64,000 nucleotides of DNA from a virus (lineage: Duplodnaviria > Caudoviricetes). The stretch lies in IMG/VR virus record IMGVR_UViG_3300008952_000039, positions 1,654-65,653 of that record, one strand, 5' to 3'. A model generated the notes under the pieces. It was given only the letters and a program-made list of their open reading frames with translations, had not been told where the DNA came from and did no database searches. Position numbers and translations under genes: made by a program. Each line of letters starts with the position of its first letter. Position 1 is the first letter of the stretch. Below, one piece after another: positions 1 through 9,546 of the stretch.

Positions 1-270
1 CACCATATAGGCAGAATTCTTCTCTCCCAATAAATTCAGACCATTCATCATCCAAATAGAACGAGCTACAGACCATTGCATCCAGTCTCTATCATTTTCC
101 TCTTCAGCACAATTAGAGATATAGAAGCTATCTACTTCATTAAGACCCCGAAGACACACAACCGAAGAACCCACTGTAATCCTATGAGATAAGAAACCCC
201 TAACAAGTAGGCTTACTAAATCATCGTATAAAGGTCTTCTCTGCTCATAAGTAGTTGGGGGCAATCTCAC
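1..270 (-). CDS. Partial hypothetical protein (runs off window), possibly a second tail assembly chaperone
   Basis: Not in the ORF track. My translation from GTG at 270 is open to the window edge (MRLPPTTYEQRRPLYDDLVSLLVRGFLSH...). It starts 2 nt after the stop of 273..1355. Confidence 0.6.
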   Translation of the reverse strand, partial: MRLPPTTYEQRRPLYDDLVSLLVRGFLSHRITVGSSVVCLRGLNEVDSFYISNCAEEENDRDWMQWSVARSIWMMNGLNLLGEKNSAYMV

Positions 271-272
271 AT

Positions 273-1355
273 TTAACGTCCTTTAAACCTTGGGTTTAAT
301 GTGCGATCACTTGGACGATCATCATTTATCGTTGTTGGAGCGTTGGGTTGTTGAGGTGGGCGAGCTAATTCCTGTGTTTCTCCCGTCTGATATACGGGAA
401 CACCCCCCAATTCTCCCACTACTTCACTCTGAGTTTTTTTTGCTTGTAAATGGGGTGCTTTTCTATGTCTTTGAACAGGAGGGGGTGTTGGTTTTCTACT
501 TTCACGAATCTTGGATAATCTTGCGTGTTCATTTAAGAGGGCTGCTTCTGGAAAGCCCCCATCTTCATCCTTCTCTACAAAGGAAGATTGAAGGGTTTCT
601 AAAACCTCCTCTTTACTCATCTCAGTACGCTTCTCTACGGGAGGGGGTGCTGTTTGTGGAGAAATCCTCTGTCTCTTTTTCGGAGGGCTGGTATTGGATT
701 GGGGTTTTGGAGGTTGAACCTGTGCTTCTTTTGGAGGAGGGGGTTTTGCTTGAGGAGTAGTTTCTATAGGACTTTCTGAGGATTGAGATTCATCTGTTTT
801 CACATTCTCAGAATTCTCATCATCCTCTCCCTGACCAAGCCTATCCCTCAGAACAGATAACTTGGCTTCCAACCTTTCTACTTCGGCTTCCAGATCAATA
901 GGAACGTAGTCCATCAATTCTTCACTTTGTAGATCTATCCTTGTAGATAGATCCGTGTATCTCTGAAAAATACCATCTAAAACCTTACGGGAAAAATTAG
1001 AGAGAAGGTCCTTCACCGCTTTTGTTTTTGGAATTTTTACAGCAACACCACTCTTTAGGTATTCTCCTGTTTCTACATATTCCTCATTTCTGAGATCACA
1101 ATCCCCAACAGCAATTACAGCATAAGACAAAACATTTATCTTGAAGTTTTCAAGATAGGCTGCGGTAGCTACTGCCTGACCCGTATCGTTGTTATCACTA
1201 TAGGCTTGTCCTGCTTGCTTTTGAACATCCATTTCCTCAGAAGGGAGTAGGAGCCTAATAGTAATAGTCGTATTGTTGATTTCAAAAGTGGTTTCGCCCT
1301 TCCCAATCTGATCAAGATCGGAAAACGCTTCTTTCAAGTTTTGTAAATTTAGCAT
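273..1355 (-). CDS. Putative tail assembly chaperone with a long disordered Pro/Gln-rich C-terminus
   Basis: Directly downstream of the tail tube gene. N-terminal alpha/beta domain (ITIRLLLPSEEMDV), then a coiled coil and low-complexity tail. AAGGAG RBS at 1364-1369. Confidence 0.5.
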   Translation of the reverse strand: MLNLQNLKEAFSDLDQIGKGETTFEINNTTITIRLLLPSEEMDVQKQAGQAYSDNNDTGQAVATAAYLENFKINVLSYAVIAVGDCDLRNEEYVETGEYLKSGVAVKIPKTKAVKDLLSNFSRKVLDGIFQRYTDLSTRIDLQSEELMDYVPIDLEAEVERLEAKLSVLRDRLGQGEDDENSENVKTDESQSSESPIETTPQAKPPPPKEAQVQPPKPQSNTSPPKKRQRISPQTAPPPVEKRTEMSKEEVLETLQSSFVEKDEDGGFPEAALLNEHARLSKIRESRKPTPPPVQRHRKAPHLQAKKTQSEVVGELGGVPVYQTGETQELARPPQQPNAPTTINDDRPSDRTLNPRFKGR

Positions 1356-1546
1356 GAAGTCTGCTCCTTAGAGATACAGACCCCAATTCCAGTGGAAAGA
1401 AAGAAAAGTACAGGTTTGATAAATTTGGTTTATTTGATTTTTAATGTCCAATCATAAAATGACGGAAAGGGGAGTAGTCAACAAGTTTACATTTATCTAT
1501 TTTCTTTGCACATTTTAATCTTTTCCACCGTAACGGGGTTGGGTTT

Positions 1547-1579
1547 TAGAATTGGAATTAAAGTCTAATTCCAATTCTA
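1547..1579. repeat. Perfect 14-bp inverted repeat (hairpin) downstream of the tail tube gene
   Basis: TAGAATTGGAATTA-aagtc-TAATTCCAATTCTA. There is no U-tract on the coding strand. Confidence 0.85.
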
Positions 1580-1601
1580 CCCATATATATTTAGGCTGAA
1601 G

Positions 1602-2399
1602 TCATGAAGTCACAAAGTCGGAACCACCAGCACCAGCACCACCAGAAAAGCGAACCGAACCAAGCTGACCAATTGATGGGTCATTACCAGTAGCAAGGAA
1701 TTCACCATACATTGTGGAGAAGTCGTGGATGTCAGAAATCATTACATCTCCAGATTCCATAATCATCCCACTGTCTTTTGCGAAAGTGGCTGACCACGAA
1801 GTGAACCAACAAGCCTCATAAATTGTAATGATAGCAGTATGCCCCAAATTTTCTGGGTAACCAGTCGAAGTGGCATCCACAGTAACATCTGGGTAGGTGA
1901 TAGCTTTAGTACCTCCTTCAAAGGTTCCTGTTGCACCATTTTCCCCTATATTTGCCTTTCCTAAATCCATATCCGCAAGCGTGGAGAATACCATCTGCTG
2001 CTCAATGTCAAAAGGCCATCTATGATGTGAAAGTGAACGAACGGGGCCATCAATACCACCAGCGTATCCAGTAGCTTGCCAGAGATTACAGAGATAAAGC
2101 AAAGCTCTCTCCATATTTCCTGTTGGTGCAGCCGTGATGCTTGGTACAAGCTCTGCCACCTGATCTCCAAAACCGATACCACGAAGTTCATCGACAGTTC
2201 GTGAAATAGAAGGAGCGAAATTAGAAAGAACACCCATTTGGGTCATAACCCCTGAATCATCTCCAGTGCCATAGGTCGGGGTTAAAACCCGTACCTTTTG
2301 AGAGACTGCGGTTCTGGTGTTGGGGCTGGTTCCATAATCATAAAGATAGGACGAGCCTTGAATTCCATTAGCAGGATTTTTATCTGTGTTAGTGGTCAT
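1602..2399 (-). CDS. Tail tube protein (contractile tail)
   Basis: Follows the sheath gene. Beta-rich pattern typical of myophage tubes (SRTVDELRGIG..ELVP; IITIYEACWFTSWSATF). GGAGG RBS. Confidence 0.7.
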   Translation of the reverse strand: MTTNTDKNPANGIQGSSYLYDYGTSPNTRTAVSQKVRVLTPTYGTGDDSGVMTQMGVLSNFAPSISRTVDELRGIGFGDQVAELVPSITAAPTGNMERALLYLCNLWQATGYAGGIDGPVRSLSHHRWPFDIEQQMVFSTLADMDLGKANIGENGATGTFEGGTKAITYPDVTVDATSTGYPENLGHTAIITIYEACWFTSWSATFAKDSGMIMESGDVMISDIHDFSTMYGEFLATGNDPSIGQLGSVRFSGGAGAGGSDFVTS

Positions 2400-2444
2400 A
2401 GCGATTAGCCTCCGAATTGTTGCACTACCCTACACCTTTAGAAA

Positions 2445-2456
2445 TATAGAAGAATA
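2445..2456 (-). promoter_or_regulatory. Putative late promoter element (TATT-N4-TATA) for the tail tube
   Basis: Matches the YADT-N4/5-TAT motif seen upstream of about 11 structural genes. Confidence 0.4.
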
Positions 2457-2483
2457 AAAAAGTTTCTGTGGAAAGAAAGCTGA

Positions 2484-2496
2484 CCTGTATAAGTAT
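2484..2496 (+). promoter_or_regulatory. Putative early/middle promoter element CCTGTATAAGTAT
   Basis: Near-identical to CCTGTATAGGTAT upstream of dnaX (52588-52600, minus strand). About 40 nt upstream of the 2533 ATG. Confidence 0.5.
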
Positions 2497-2532
2497 TGAG
2501 GAAGCATCTCCTCAATTAAATAGGAGTAAATT

Positions 2533-3246
2533 ATGAAAGGTTTTGATTTATTCGCAGAGATGCGGAAAGAAAATAGTACCTTCTCTGATCGATCAGAAGC
2601 ACTCTCAGAGGCTGCTGGTGGGAAGAAGAAGGCTCAACCCACACAACCCACACAAGATAACCTCAATCCCGTAGAAAGGGCTGTAGAGGCTCTTACTGAG
2701 GAAGTCAGGACTTATCTCCAGACCATTAAGAAAGGTCTTGGAAAGAAGACCATTAAAGGCTTCAAAAGCGTAGTGTCAGAAGCCCTTGGAGTCAAAAGGC
2801 TCAGTGCCAAAAGGTTCCAAGAAGTAATTGATGCTGCACCTGAATTAGAAGTGATCACCAAAGAGAGTGGTCGGCAGTATTTTCAGATTGTTGAAATCAT
2901 TGAAGAAGAGATAGAACCTGAAGAAGAATCTGAAGAGATTGAAGAAGATGGTGTTCTCTGCTGGCTGAACCTACCTTGGTGGGAAAAAGGTAAATGGGTA
3001 TCTCGTTCTCAGGCGAAGTCTCTGCGAAGGAAGGCTTACGAAAAGAGAGCAAAGGCTCAGTTAGAGGAGCAAATAGCTACCCACACAGAAAAGGGGCTTT
3101 CCCTACTGGAGATTTACAGACAGGATCTCATTGAAGTCGTCTGTCCAGTCTGTGAAAGTGTCAGGATGTCTGTTTACCCAACCCCAAGAGGGGGGTTGGC
3201 TTGTGGTGCTTGCAACCCAAACATTTCCCCTGATCTAAGAAATTAG
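2533..3246 (+). CDS. Hypothetical protein with C-terminal CxxC...CxxC zinc ribbon
   Basis: 237 aa with AGGAG RBS and CPVC-x14-CGAC. One of only two convincing plus-strand genes. Confidence 0.7.
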   Translation: MKGFDLFAEMRKENSTFSDRSEALSEAAGGKKKAQPTQPTQDNLNPVERAVEALTEEVRTYLQTIKKGLGKKTIKGFKSVVSEALGVKRLSAKRFQEVIDAAPELEVITKESGRQYFQIVEIIEEEIEPEEESEEIEEDGVLCWLNLPWWEKGKWVSRSQAKSLRRKAYEKRAKAQLEEQIATHTEKGLSLLEIYRQDLIEVVCPVCESVRMSVYPTPRGGLACGACNPNISPDLRN

Positions 3247-3257
3247 CCTCTCAGGGG

Positions 3258-3284
3258 TTGAAAGTGGGTTTTGATGAGTATAAT
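3258..3284 (+). promoter_or_regulatory. Sigma70-like promoter for the Hc1-like gene
   Basis: TTGAAA-15 nt-TATAAT. The spacer is slightly short. Confidence 0.45.
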
Positions 3285-3317
3285 AAGGGCAAGGTTTAAC
3301 AACTTTGCCCTTTTTTT
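3285..3317 (+). terminator. Intrinsic terminator after the 2533..3246 gene
   Basis: AAGGGCAAGGTT-taac-AACTTTGCCCTT followed by a T run. Confidence 0.6.
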
Positions 3318-3338
3318 GCTTTTTCTGGAGAAAATAAA

Positions 3339-3539
3339 ATGACTACAACCAATACAACAACCACGGATGCAATCACCACACTGATTGAAACACTCACAAC
3401 TGCTAAAGAAGATGCTGTGAAATTTGATACCAAAGGAAATAAGGCTGCTGCTACCAGAGTTCGCAAAGCTCTGCAAGAAGTCTCGTCTACCTGCAAGGAT
3501 CTTCGTAAAACTGTACAGGAGATAAAAAACGCTATGTAA
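3339..3539 (+). CDS. Histone H1-like (Hc1 family) small nucleoid-associated protein
   Basis: 66 aa with the family signature KFD.KGNKAAATRVRKALQE...LRK.VQEIKN. GGAG RBS. Confidence 0.75.
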   Translation: MTTTNTTTTDAITTLIETLTTAKEDAVKFDTKGNKAAATRVRKALQEVSSTCKDLRKTVQEIKNAM

Positions 3540-3558
3540 GCACTTTTTTATCTTCCGC

Positions 3559-3590
3559 AAAAAAAGGGTTGAGGCTTCTCAACCCTTTTT
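3559..3590. terminator. Bidirectional intrinsic terminator between the convergent Hc1-like and sheath genes
   Basis: A-run, AGGGTTGAG-gctt-CTCAACCCT, then a T-run. Confidence 0.8.
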
Positions 3591-3600
3591 CATTTTCTAT

Positions 3601-3633
3601 AAAAAAGGGGGAAGCCCCAAAAGAGCTTCCCCC
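3601..3633 (-). terminator. Intrinsic terminator of the tail sheath gene
   Basis: GGGGGAAGC...GCTTCCCCC stem with a U6 tract on the minus strand. Confidence 0.7.
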
Positions 3634-3657
3634 CACAACTTCATCTTCAAACAGGAA

Positions 3658-6600
3658 TTATAAGCTACTACGGAGATTAAAAGTGAGTACCAGATATAAC
3701 AAAGGGAACACTGGTTGATAATATGCTTCCACCTCTGCAACAGTTGGATCATCAGCAGAGACATTGGCAGCAATACCAGTGTAAGCAGCTACAATCTGAC
3801 CATTAACCATTCCAATGAACATCTGAGCTAAACGACCCTCAACTTGTGTCAAAATCGTTGGAAGGAATTTCAATCCAATAAAACGACCAAGAACGGCTCT
3901 GGCATTTTTCTGAACGTGGTCTGAAATCTGAATGACAGTTGGTGTCTTTGTGAGAACATTTGTCATATCAGTAGTCAAACCGTGTCTTACTTTCAAGAAC
4001 GGAGCCTGAGTGGTTAGGATTGTTACACCCTTAGTAGCGATTTGGTTCATTTCAACAGCATCCATATCTCTACCTAAAACAGAGAACCCAACCAATTGCG
4101 CTCCCGTCCAAGGGGTTGCCACATCTCTATTGGGGGAGACACGATTACCAACCATAGCAGCAGCTATAAATGGGCCTTCAATGAAATACTCTGTAGTATC
4201 ATTGTTGTTATCTGCCAAAGGTACGATAGCACTATCAGGATAGACTATGCGGACTCTGGTATTGCCAAGGACTTGTGCCAGAGCAGTAACATCGGAGGGT
4301 TCTGTACCAGCACCCATACCCAACAACGCTGTTCTCTCAGAGCGATAGCGGATAGAAGATTGAATATCACAATGCTTTGAAATATAAGAGAAGAGGTCTG
4401 AGCTATCCCCACGAAGAGGCACTAACACGCTCGGAGAGGCTGCTGATGAAATACGACCCTCAAGAGCATCCACAGCCTCAATATAGCTGGCAACAGAAGC
4501 CTGAGTAGAATTGTTGTCCGAATCTTTAGTGATTTGCTTCATACCAACAATTGTCGCCCCATTCAAAATGGCTAAATAAGCAGCCAGAGAGAGTGGGTTA
4601 TCAGGATGCACAGCACCATATCTATTCACAATAGCAGACAGCTTTGAGAATAACTTAGTCTCATAGTCTTGCTTGCTGTATGTATAAGAGACATAGTAGA
4701 CACCACCAATCAAAGGCTGATCTCCAGTCTTAGAGAAGGTTTCCAGCGTAGCTGTATCACCCTCTGAAACACCATAGGTATTCGCAACCGTCAACTCAAT
4801 TCCCGGAATATTAACGGGATAATTCGCATCCGTTGTGAAAGTAGATGAAACATCTATGTTGAAAGTTCCAGTAGCAGGATAATCTCCGCCACCGTTTCTT
4901 GGAAGGATTGTGAAAGTCAATCCAGTGATAGCATCTTGGTAGGTCTGTCCGATAACACCGTCTTGACCAGTACCATTGTTCAGAACACTATTGTTCTTAG
5001 ATCCAGATCCAGCAGAGTTATTGGAAGTAACAAAGAAGCCGTTAATTCCATCTTCACCATTAGCACTGTCTCCAGCCGTAACTCCAATCAAGGTTCCATA
5101 GGAGAGCCAATCATTAGAAGCAGCATTGTCCAATACAACAGAAGAAGTAGCACCTACAGACTTGCTCTGGATGTAGAGATAATCCTGACCACCACTATCT
5201 TCAATAACAAGAGCTAATGCTTTGGCAGTGAAATCAGTTCCAGTAACGGAAGATCCATTTGCTCCGTAATCTTGGGTTGCCCCTAAGAGGTAATCTCCAA
5301 AAGAAGCCACATCTCCCATAAGGATACTGGCTACTTCTGCTGTGGAGGTTGCAGAGCGAAGGGCTGTTGATCCATCTGTCAAACCAAGAGTAGAGTTAGC
5401 ACTTCCTGTACCGATTAAAACCTTGCTCTTACTGGTTGAAAGGAGAGAGGAGAAGCGAATTCCAAAACCCTCTCTACGAACAAAAGCATCCATTGTAGCA
5501 CTTCCCACCACACCAAAGTGATTAGGATAAGCAGTGTTAGCAGCAGCTTTAATCTGACCAATAACAGAAGCAGCATTTATGGAAGAACGAGCATCACCAC
5601 TTCCAATAGGAGTAGTGGTTCCACTATCTGTAGCTGTAAACTCCACTTGGACAAATTTTCCATCTACTGTAATATCAAGAACATTGTTTGCTGCCTTGGT
5701 TCCATCACCATTGTAAAATACAACAGCAGCCTCACCTTGGAGAGTTGAACCACTTGCAGTATCCTGAAGTGAATTTCCAATGTCTGCTACTAAAGTAGCT
5801 GAATTCACAACGGCTCCAGCAGAAGCAGAGCCTGTAGCATTCAAAGTCAATCCGCAGATAGTGTTTGCAGTACCAGCCTTCACTTGCAGTTTACATTGTG
5901 AAAGCACATTGTGAGCAGTTGTTCCAGCAGGTGAAGATGCTCCAGAACCACCACCCGGTACAAGACGATTTCTAAGGATCAGTCTGTCATTAAGGTGTTT
6001 GGTTGGGCCTGATGCTCTATAATAAGTAGCAATGTCACCGTGAAGAATGTGAACACCTGCACCACCTGCACCTGTAGCATTTGCATCAATGCAAGCCAAG
6101 GTAGCAAAATCATCATGCGGAGTAGAATCTTCAGTGAAGGCAAAGTATCCACCACCAACATCTGTAGCTGCTCTACGGAAAGAGAATTTAATTCTTCCAG
6201 AGCTATCCGCAGTAACAGTGATTTCAGGTGCGGTGAAATTCGCTTGTGTATTTGTTCCGTTATAGGCAGTACACCCAACGGCATCTAACTGAGTTTGGAT
6301 CTCACTTGCAATTGCAGAAGCAGAAGTATATGTTCCAGCGAAAGAAATTGTCTCTGTCATAGCACCAGCAACTGCCCCATAGTATTCTATGGTTAGCTGA
6401 TGGTATCCTTCACCACCACCAAGTTTCATACCTGAGAGGAATTTACTTCCACAATAATAAGTTGGTTGAGTACTTGGATTGTAGAGATACAGCTTGTCAG
6501 TAGCAAGAATTTCAGCAGTGAAGGCTCCAAATGTGAGAGTATTCGTGGCTGCATCATAAGCAGTGACTGTCTGCTTCTCACCAACTACAACGGCAGAGCC

Positions 6601-8946
6601 TGAATTCTGTTCTTCTACAACCACTTCCCAGCCAACATAATAATCATCAATGTCAGACAGAGCAGAGGCAGTTGCGATAGCTGTAGTTGTGGTTCCAACA
6701 TCATCAGCAGTTACAGAAATTCCGTGAGAGGCTTCATTCAAGCGATCCACAAATTCAGTAACATCATCAGTTCCAGAATTCGCAGAGGCTTCAATAGTCT
6801 GAGCATCTACTGCAAGGGCAAGCTCTCTATTCGTGCTGTCAATAGTATTCTGTGTGAAGGCGGTAGCTCCATAGGGAATCTCATCTCCAATAAGAGAAGC
6901 CAACACTCCACAAGAAGTAGCATGTGGATCTGAAAGATCGATTGTATAGGTCTGAGAACCATCAATCTTGATAAGAGCGTTGTCACTCTTAGACTCTACA
7001 AAGTAGTAGGGTGAAGCATTAGACACCGCAATTTTCGCTGGTGAATCTTGGGTGGTTCCAAAAGTCACCGTAGCAGTCTCTTCAACAGAGCCAGTGAAAC
7101 TTGCATCAGCACCGTGAAGTTGAGAGGCTTCCATTCTGGTATCTTGGGTCAATTCTGTACCGCTTGGAAAGAGTACGTCAATAGAAGCAAGGTTAACAGA
7201 CTTGGAATCTCTGTCCATTTTTGCGTGGAAAATGGTTGTGAGAGTGCTAACACCCCTAACCATAGAGTACTCACCTGTTCCACTGGCTCCAGAAGTGTCG
7301 GCAGTAATGGTGTACTCAGAATCCGTGATGTTGTTATAGTAGAAGGTAGCGTATACAGTGGCTCCAGTGGGAACACCGCTTGCCAATGTGAAAGTGGAAT
7401 CTGTATAATCAACAGAAGTCACCGCCACAGCACCTCTATCCTGTGCATCCTGAACACCATATCCCCAATAAGCTGTCACAAGGTCTGGTCTATTAGTGGG
7501 AAGATCCACTCTTCCGTTCACAAGGGTTGTGAACATAGATGATCCAAGAGGGAAGTTTCTACCATTACCACTTGTAGGTTGTGCAGGGAGGGTGAATTTG
7601 GTCAGACTATCAACCTTCAAACCGTTTACGGTTTCTTGAAGGGGAGTGCAGGGAGCCATAAAGAATTGATCATCTACTAAAGAAGTGGTGATCTGATTAG
7701 ATCCAAACTCAGTAGATCCTGAAGTAGCATCTTTAGATGAAACCAAGGCAGCAGTTCCCCAAACAATCTTATCATCCTTCAGGACAAAGCTTTCACCGTC
7801 AATGAAGTCATTTCGATCAGGGGCTTGGTCACCACACATAGTGACAGCAGTCACATTGATGTGAGCAAGATAATCAAAAGTATCTTCCCAAGTATTGTAG
7901 TAATAGGTGACAGTTACAACCGATCCATCTTTAGGAGGTGTAGAGAGAACCACTTTTCGGTTCTTGCCGTCTACAGATGCAGGAATGACCTGAACACCAT
8001 CTACTTTCACAACAACAGCAGATTTTGTTGCAGCTACAACAGCAACACCACCATTAGTACCATCTACAATCGGGCCGTTATGAGTAAAGAAGGTAGCATT
8101 ACGGGAGGTTTCTAATCCAGAAACCAAGCCAAGCGTGGATGTGGCTGTATCTGATCCCATTGCAATAGAGACATCAGCAGTCAGGATTAGAGCATTTTTT
8201 CCTTGATTGTTCTTCGCATAAGAAGCCAGAAGAGTACCTGCTCCAGCAGAATTCAAGAGGGTCTTCATCTGATTGGCAGTGTAGCTTCCTTCTGGAAACT
8301 CAATAGTGTATTCCGTACCATCAACAGTCAGGGTCAGGGAATCGTTACTATCCTCAGTGATCTTGAAAACTTCAGTACCACCAATCTCTGTATCTAAAAT
8401 TCCCACCTCACCATACATAGTGGCTTTTCCAGCAGTGATTTGAGAAGACACATTATCAGTAACCAAAGTGTCTGTTCTATTGAAGAAGTAGGTACAACGA
8501 ACAACATCATCTTCTTTAGGAGCAGCAGCTAATTCAACGACACCAGTAAGACCAGCAACAGAACGAATCACAACAGGCTTGTTATTCACAAAGACCTGTA
8601 CAGAAGAACGATCATTAGTAGTAGTGCCAGCACCAGAACCGTCAACAAGAGGATAATTTCTCACTTGAAATTTTGAAATGCTTCCATCCCAAACACCAAG
8701 AGTAATAGATCCATCAGCCAAGGTTCCTGTAACGGCTCTACCCGTAGCATCTTCCATAGCTACTTTCTGATCTCTGTCAGCAGCAGATCCTCTAACCATA
8801 TACAGATTAGACTGAGCTAAAGATTCAGATCCCTCACCAATGAAGACGGGGATACGAAGAAGGTTGACATTCCCTGATAAGGGGTTTTCAAAAAGGGTCT
8901 GTGTGTAAACACCCGGCGGTGCATAAATTGATCCGGGAAAAGCCAT
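3658..8946 (-). CDS. Tail sheath protein, very large (1762 aa) with multiple inserted domains
   Basis: N-terminal YAPPGVY motif and C-terminal sheath core (GVTIL...VRHGLTT...EVEAYYQPVFPLLYLVLTF). Confidence 0.9.
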   Translation of the reverse strand: MAFPGSIYAPPGVYTQTLFENPLSGNVNLLRIPVFIGEGSESLAQSNLYMVRGSAADRDQKVAMEDATGRAVTGTLADGSITLGVWDGSISKFQVRNYPLVDGSGAGTTTNDRSSVQVFVNNKPVVIRSVAGLTGVVELAAAPKEDDVVRCTYFFNRTDTLVTDNVSSQITAGKATMYGEVGILDTEIGGTEVFKITEDSNDSLTLTVDGTEYTIEFPEGSYTANQMKTLLNSAGAGTLLASYAKNNQGKNALILTADVSIAMGSDTATSTLGLVSGLETSRNATFFTHNGPIVDGTNGGVAVVAATKSAVVVKVDGVQVIPASVDGKNRKVVLSTPPKDGSVVTVTYYYNTWEDTFDYLAHINVTAVTMCGDQAPDRNDFIDGESFVLKDDKIVWGTAALVSSKDATSGSTEFGSNQITTSLVDDQFFMAPCTPLQETVNGLKVDSLTKFTLPAQPTSGNGRNFPLGSSMFTTLVNGRVDLPTNRPDLVTAYWGYGVQDAQDRGAVAVTSVDYTDSTFTLASGVPTGATVYATFYYNNITDSEYTITADTSGASGTGEYSMVRGVSTLTTIFHAKMDRDSKSVNLASIDVLFPSGTELTQDTRMEASQLHGADASFTGSVEETATVTFGTTQDSPAKIAVSNASPYYFVESKSDNALIKIDGSQTYTIDLSDPHATSCGVLASLIGDEIPYGATAFTQNTIDSTNRELALAVDAQTIEASANSGTDDVTEFVDRLNEASHGISVTADDVGTTTTAIATASALSDIDDYYVGWEVVVEEQNSGSAVVVGEKQTVTAYDAATNTLTFGAFTAEILATDKLYLYNPSTQPTYYCGSKFLSGMKLGGGEGYHQLTIEYYGAVAGAMTETISFAGTYTSASAIASEIQTQLDAVGCTAYNGTNTQANFTAPEITVTADSSGRIKFSFRRAATDVGGGYFAFTEDSTPHDDFATLACIDANATGAGGAGVHILHGDIATYYRASGPTKHLNDRLILRNRLVPGGGSGASSPAGTTAHNVLSQCKLQVKAGTANTICGLTLNATGSASAGAVVNSATLVADIGNSLQDTASGSTLQGEAAVVFYNGDGTKAANNVLDITVDGKFVQVEFTATDSGTTTPIGSGDARSSINAASVIGQIKAAANTAYPNHFGVVGSATMDAFVRREGFGIRFSSLLSTSKSKVLIGTGSANSTLGLTDGSTALRSATSTAEVASILMGDVASFGDYLLGATQDYGANGSSVTGTDFTAKALALVIEDSGGQDYLYIQSKSVGATSSVVLDNAASNDWLSYGTLIGVTAGDSANGEDGINGFFVTSNNSAGSGSKNNSVLNNGTGQDGVIGQTYQDAITGLTFTILPRNGGGDYPATGTFNIDVSSTFTTDANYPVNIPGIELTVANTYGVSEGDTATLETFSKTGDQPLIGGVYYVSYTYSKQDYETKLFSKLSAIVNRYGAVHPDNPLSLAAYLAILNGATIVGMKQITKDSDNNSTQASVASYIEAVDALEGRISSAASPSVLVPLRGDSSDLFSYISKHCDIQSSIRYRSERTALLGMGAGTEPSDVTALAQVLGNTRVRIVYPDSAIVPLADNNNDTTEYFIEGPFIAAAMVGNRVSPNRDVATPWTGAQLVGFSVLGRDMDAVEMNQIATKGVTILTTQAPFLKVRHGLTTDMTNVLTKTPTVIQISDHVQKNARAVLGRFIGLKFLPTILTQVEGRLAQMFIGMVNGQIVAAYTGIAANVSADDPTVAEVEAYYQPVFPLLYLVLTFNLRSSL

Positions 8947-9000
8947 TGTTGTCCTCTCAATAGTGAAGATTAGATGAAGTGTTTCTCATTTCTACATTTC

Positions 9001-9015
9001 AATAGACCGACTATC
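9001..9015 (-). promoter_or_regulatory. Putative late promoter (GATAGT-N5-TATT) for the sheath
   Basis: Recurrent motif, 55 nt upstream of the sheath ATG. Confidence 0.5.
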
Positions 9016-9102
9016 AAAGAAATCGGAAATTATAGGTCAATAAAAGTCTCATCTGTTTTTAAATCTAATCTTATCTGTCCAAATCAGAGATTGGAGAGAG
9101 GG

Positions 9103-9540
9103 CTACCCAAGTTCCCTACCTTTCTTTCTTATGAAAGTCATAGCCTTTTTATTGCGATCATCAACCACCTCAGTCTCTTCTTCACCCATAACTCTATATG
9201 TAGAATCTGGATTTCTGGAAATATGCCCATACTCAGAGTTGGGGTTCTCCCTTAATAGTTTTCTTTTTTGCTCTGTTCTCTCTTCTTGCTTTCGCCAGCC
9301 ATTCTCAGCAGACTTACCAATCACCCTGTCTACCATATGGTCATAAGAGGATAATCCTGTATTTTGAGGTGCAGGGGAGGTAATTTTTGGATTAAAAGAA
9401 AAAGACACATCCTTTGTTATCTGGGGATCACAACCTTCAGAACATTCTGGACAAGATTGTTTTTCTTCTCTTTTTGAGAAGGAAACAGACTTCTCAAATA
9501 AAATCCCACAGGGGTTACAAAGATAATCATATACAGGCAT
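9103..9540 (-). CDS. FmdB-family zinc ribbon protein
   Basis: MPVYDYLCNPCG..FE....CPEC signature. Confidence 0.8.
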   Translation of the reverse strand: MPVYDYLCNPCGILFEKSVSFSKREEKQSCPECSEGCDPQITKDVSFSFNPKITSPAPQNTGLSSYDHMVDRVIGKSAENGWRKQEERTEQKRKLLRENPNSEYGHISRNPDSTYRVMGEEETEVVDDRNKKAMTFIRKKGRELG

Positions 9541-9546
9541 TTTTTA

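Noticed and set aside
265-300. Programmed -1 frameshift linking the two putative tail chaperones (lambda G/GT-like)
   Set aside because: The downstream ORF is in the -1 frame, but that frame has a TAA a few codons before the junction. The TTTAAAG heptamer is not in the X XXY YYZ phase.
4010-8397. Numerous short plus-strand ORFs within the sheath gene (likewise within 23886..27848)
   Set aside because: Antisense shadows of Ala/Thr/Gly-rich genes with no independent signals.
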